34,249 nucleotides of DNA, taken from positions 1 to 34,249 of IMG/VR virus record IMGVR_UViG_3300025723_000111. One strand, given 5' to 3'. Position 1 is the stretch's first letter. Each line of letters starts with the position of its first letter. A program made the position numbers and the translations under genes. The DNA comes from a virus (Duplodnaviria; Caudoviricetes). Under the pieces are notes generated by a model. That model was not told the DNA's origin. It saw nothing but the letters and a program-made list of their open reading frames with translations, and did no database searches. Shown here piece by piece: positions 33,605-34,249 of this stretch.

Positions 33605-34213
33605 ATGTATTACTACCAACACCATATTGGTGACTATCGTAAAGACACATCCCATTTAAGTTTAATTGAGCATGGCATATATCGCCAGCTATTAGACCTT
33701 TATTACATCACAGAAAAGCCATTAGACAAAAAATCAATTAGGCTCATTGGTGCTAAAACAGACCAAGAGATTAATATGGCTGAATTAATACTAAATGAGT
33801 TCTTTGAGAAAAAAGGAACAAAGTATTTTCATAAAAGATGTGATGATGAAATTCTAAACTATAAATCAAAAAGTTTGAAGGCTTCAGAGAGTTCTAATAA
33901 AAGATGGAAGAATAACAAGAACTTACAAGATGCGAACGCATTGCCAACGCAATCCGAACGCAATGCTAACCAAGAACCAATAACCAAGAACCAAGAAAGA
34001 ACTATACCCGATGATTTTGACATTAGTGATGAAGTCAGAAAATGGGCAAAAGAAAATAATAAAAAGAATCTTAAAAAAAGACTTGATTATTTTAAAGTCG
34101 CATGTAAATCTAGGGGCTATAAAAAAACAGACTGGGATGCTTACTTTATGCAATCAATAATGGATAACTGGGGAAATATAGAAAATCGTGAGTTTGGGGA
34201 GCTATCACTATGA
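33605..34213 (+). CDS. Replication initiator, DUF1376/YdaU family
   Basis: YYQHHIGDYRKDTSHLSLIEHGIYRQLLDLYY; upstream of helicase. Confidence 0.9.
   Translation: MYYYQHHIGDYRKDTSHLSLIEHGIYRQLLDLYYITEKPLDKKSIRLIGAKTDQEINMAELILNEFFEKKGTKYFHKRCDDEILNYKSKSLKASESSNKRWKNNKNLQDANALPTQSERNANQEPITKNQERTIPDDFDISDEVRKWAKENNKKNLKKRLDYFKVACKSRGYKKTDWDAYFMQSIMDNWGNIENREFGELSL
33931..33995 (+). repeat. Putative replication origin iterons inside the initiator gene
   Basis: 11-bp units TGCGAACGCAT, TGCCAACGCAA, TCCGAACGCAA, TGCTAACCAAG, then four AACCAA(G/T) heptamers. Confidence 0.75.
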
Positions 34214-34249
34214 TAGTTAATCCTAGAAGCTTATTAACAGATATAGATG
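34104..34249. repeat. Terminal overlap, right copy
   Basis: Matches 1..146 with two mismatches. Confidence 0.97.

Noticed and set aside
34104-34249. Physical T7-like direct terminal repeat
   Set aside because: It falls mid-gene and its length is typical of an assembly overlap; it cannot be called a virion terminus without reads.
1-34249. Integrase/att site, tRNA genes, stop-codon reassignment, tail tape measure or sheath genes
   Set aside because: None recognisable by eye; genes tile densely under the standard code with TAA, TGA and TAG all used as stops.

Overview
The window is an apparently complete, circularly assembled tailed-phage genome of about 34.1 kb. Bases 1..146 recur at 34104..34249 with two mismatches. 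The layout is lambdoid/P22-like and podovirus-type. A divergent promoter region (~33410..33580) drives a leftward early operon (ERF recombinase, SSB-like, Xis-like HTH, DUF3310 and many micro-ORFs). It also drives a rightward operon that wraps the origin: DUF1376 initiator with internal iterons, Twinkle-type SF4 helicase, nin-like genes and a Q-like antiterminator. A late promoter/terminator leader is followed by terminase, portal, a 1019-aa fibre, scaffold, capsid, tail adaptor/hub, GNAT, ejection proteins, a second fibre and lysis genes (M15 endolysin, holin, embedded spanins). I see no integrase, CI-type repressor, tRNA, CRISPR array or reverse transcriptase. The AT-rich composition and gene content suggest an aquatic low-GC proteobacterial host (inference only). 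The most unusual signals are: (i) an ORF built from short unrelated cassettes joined by an in-frame DNA repeat (EALEQP/QEPV); (ii) several structured non-coding elements, namely a three-way-junction leader where cro would sit, two copies of a GAAA/AGUA internal-loop hairpin next to RBSs, and a pseudoknot at the early/late convergence; (iii) small late 'cargo-like' genes sharing a short helical motif; (iv) near absence of GATC. All family assignments come from motif recognition by eye, not from database searches.
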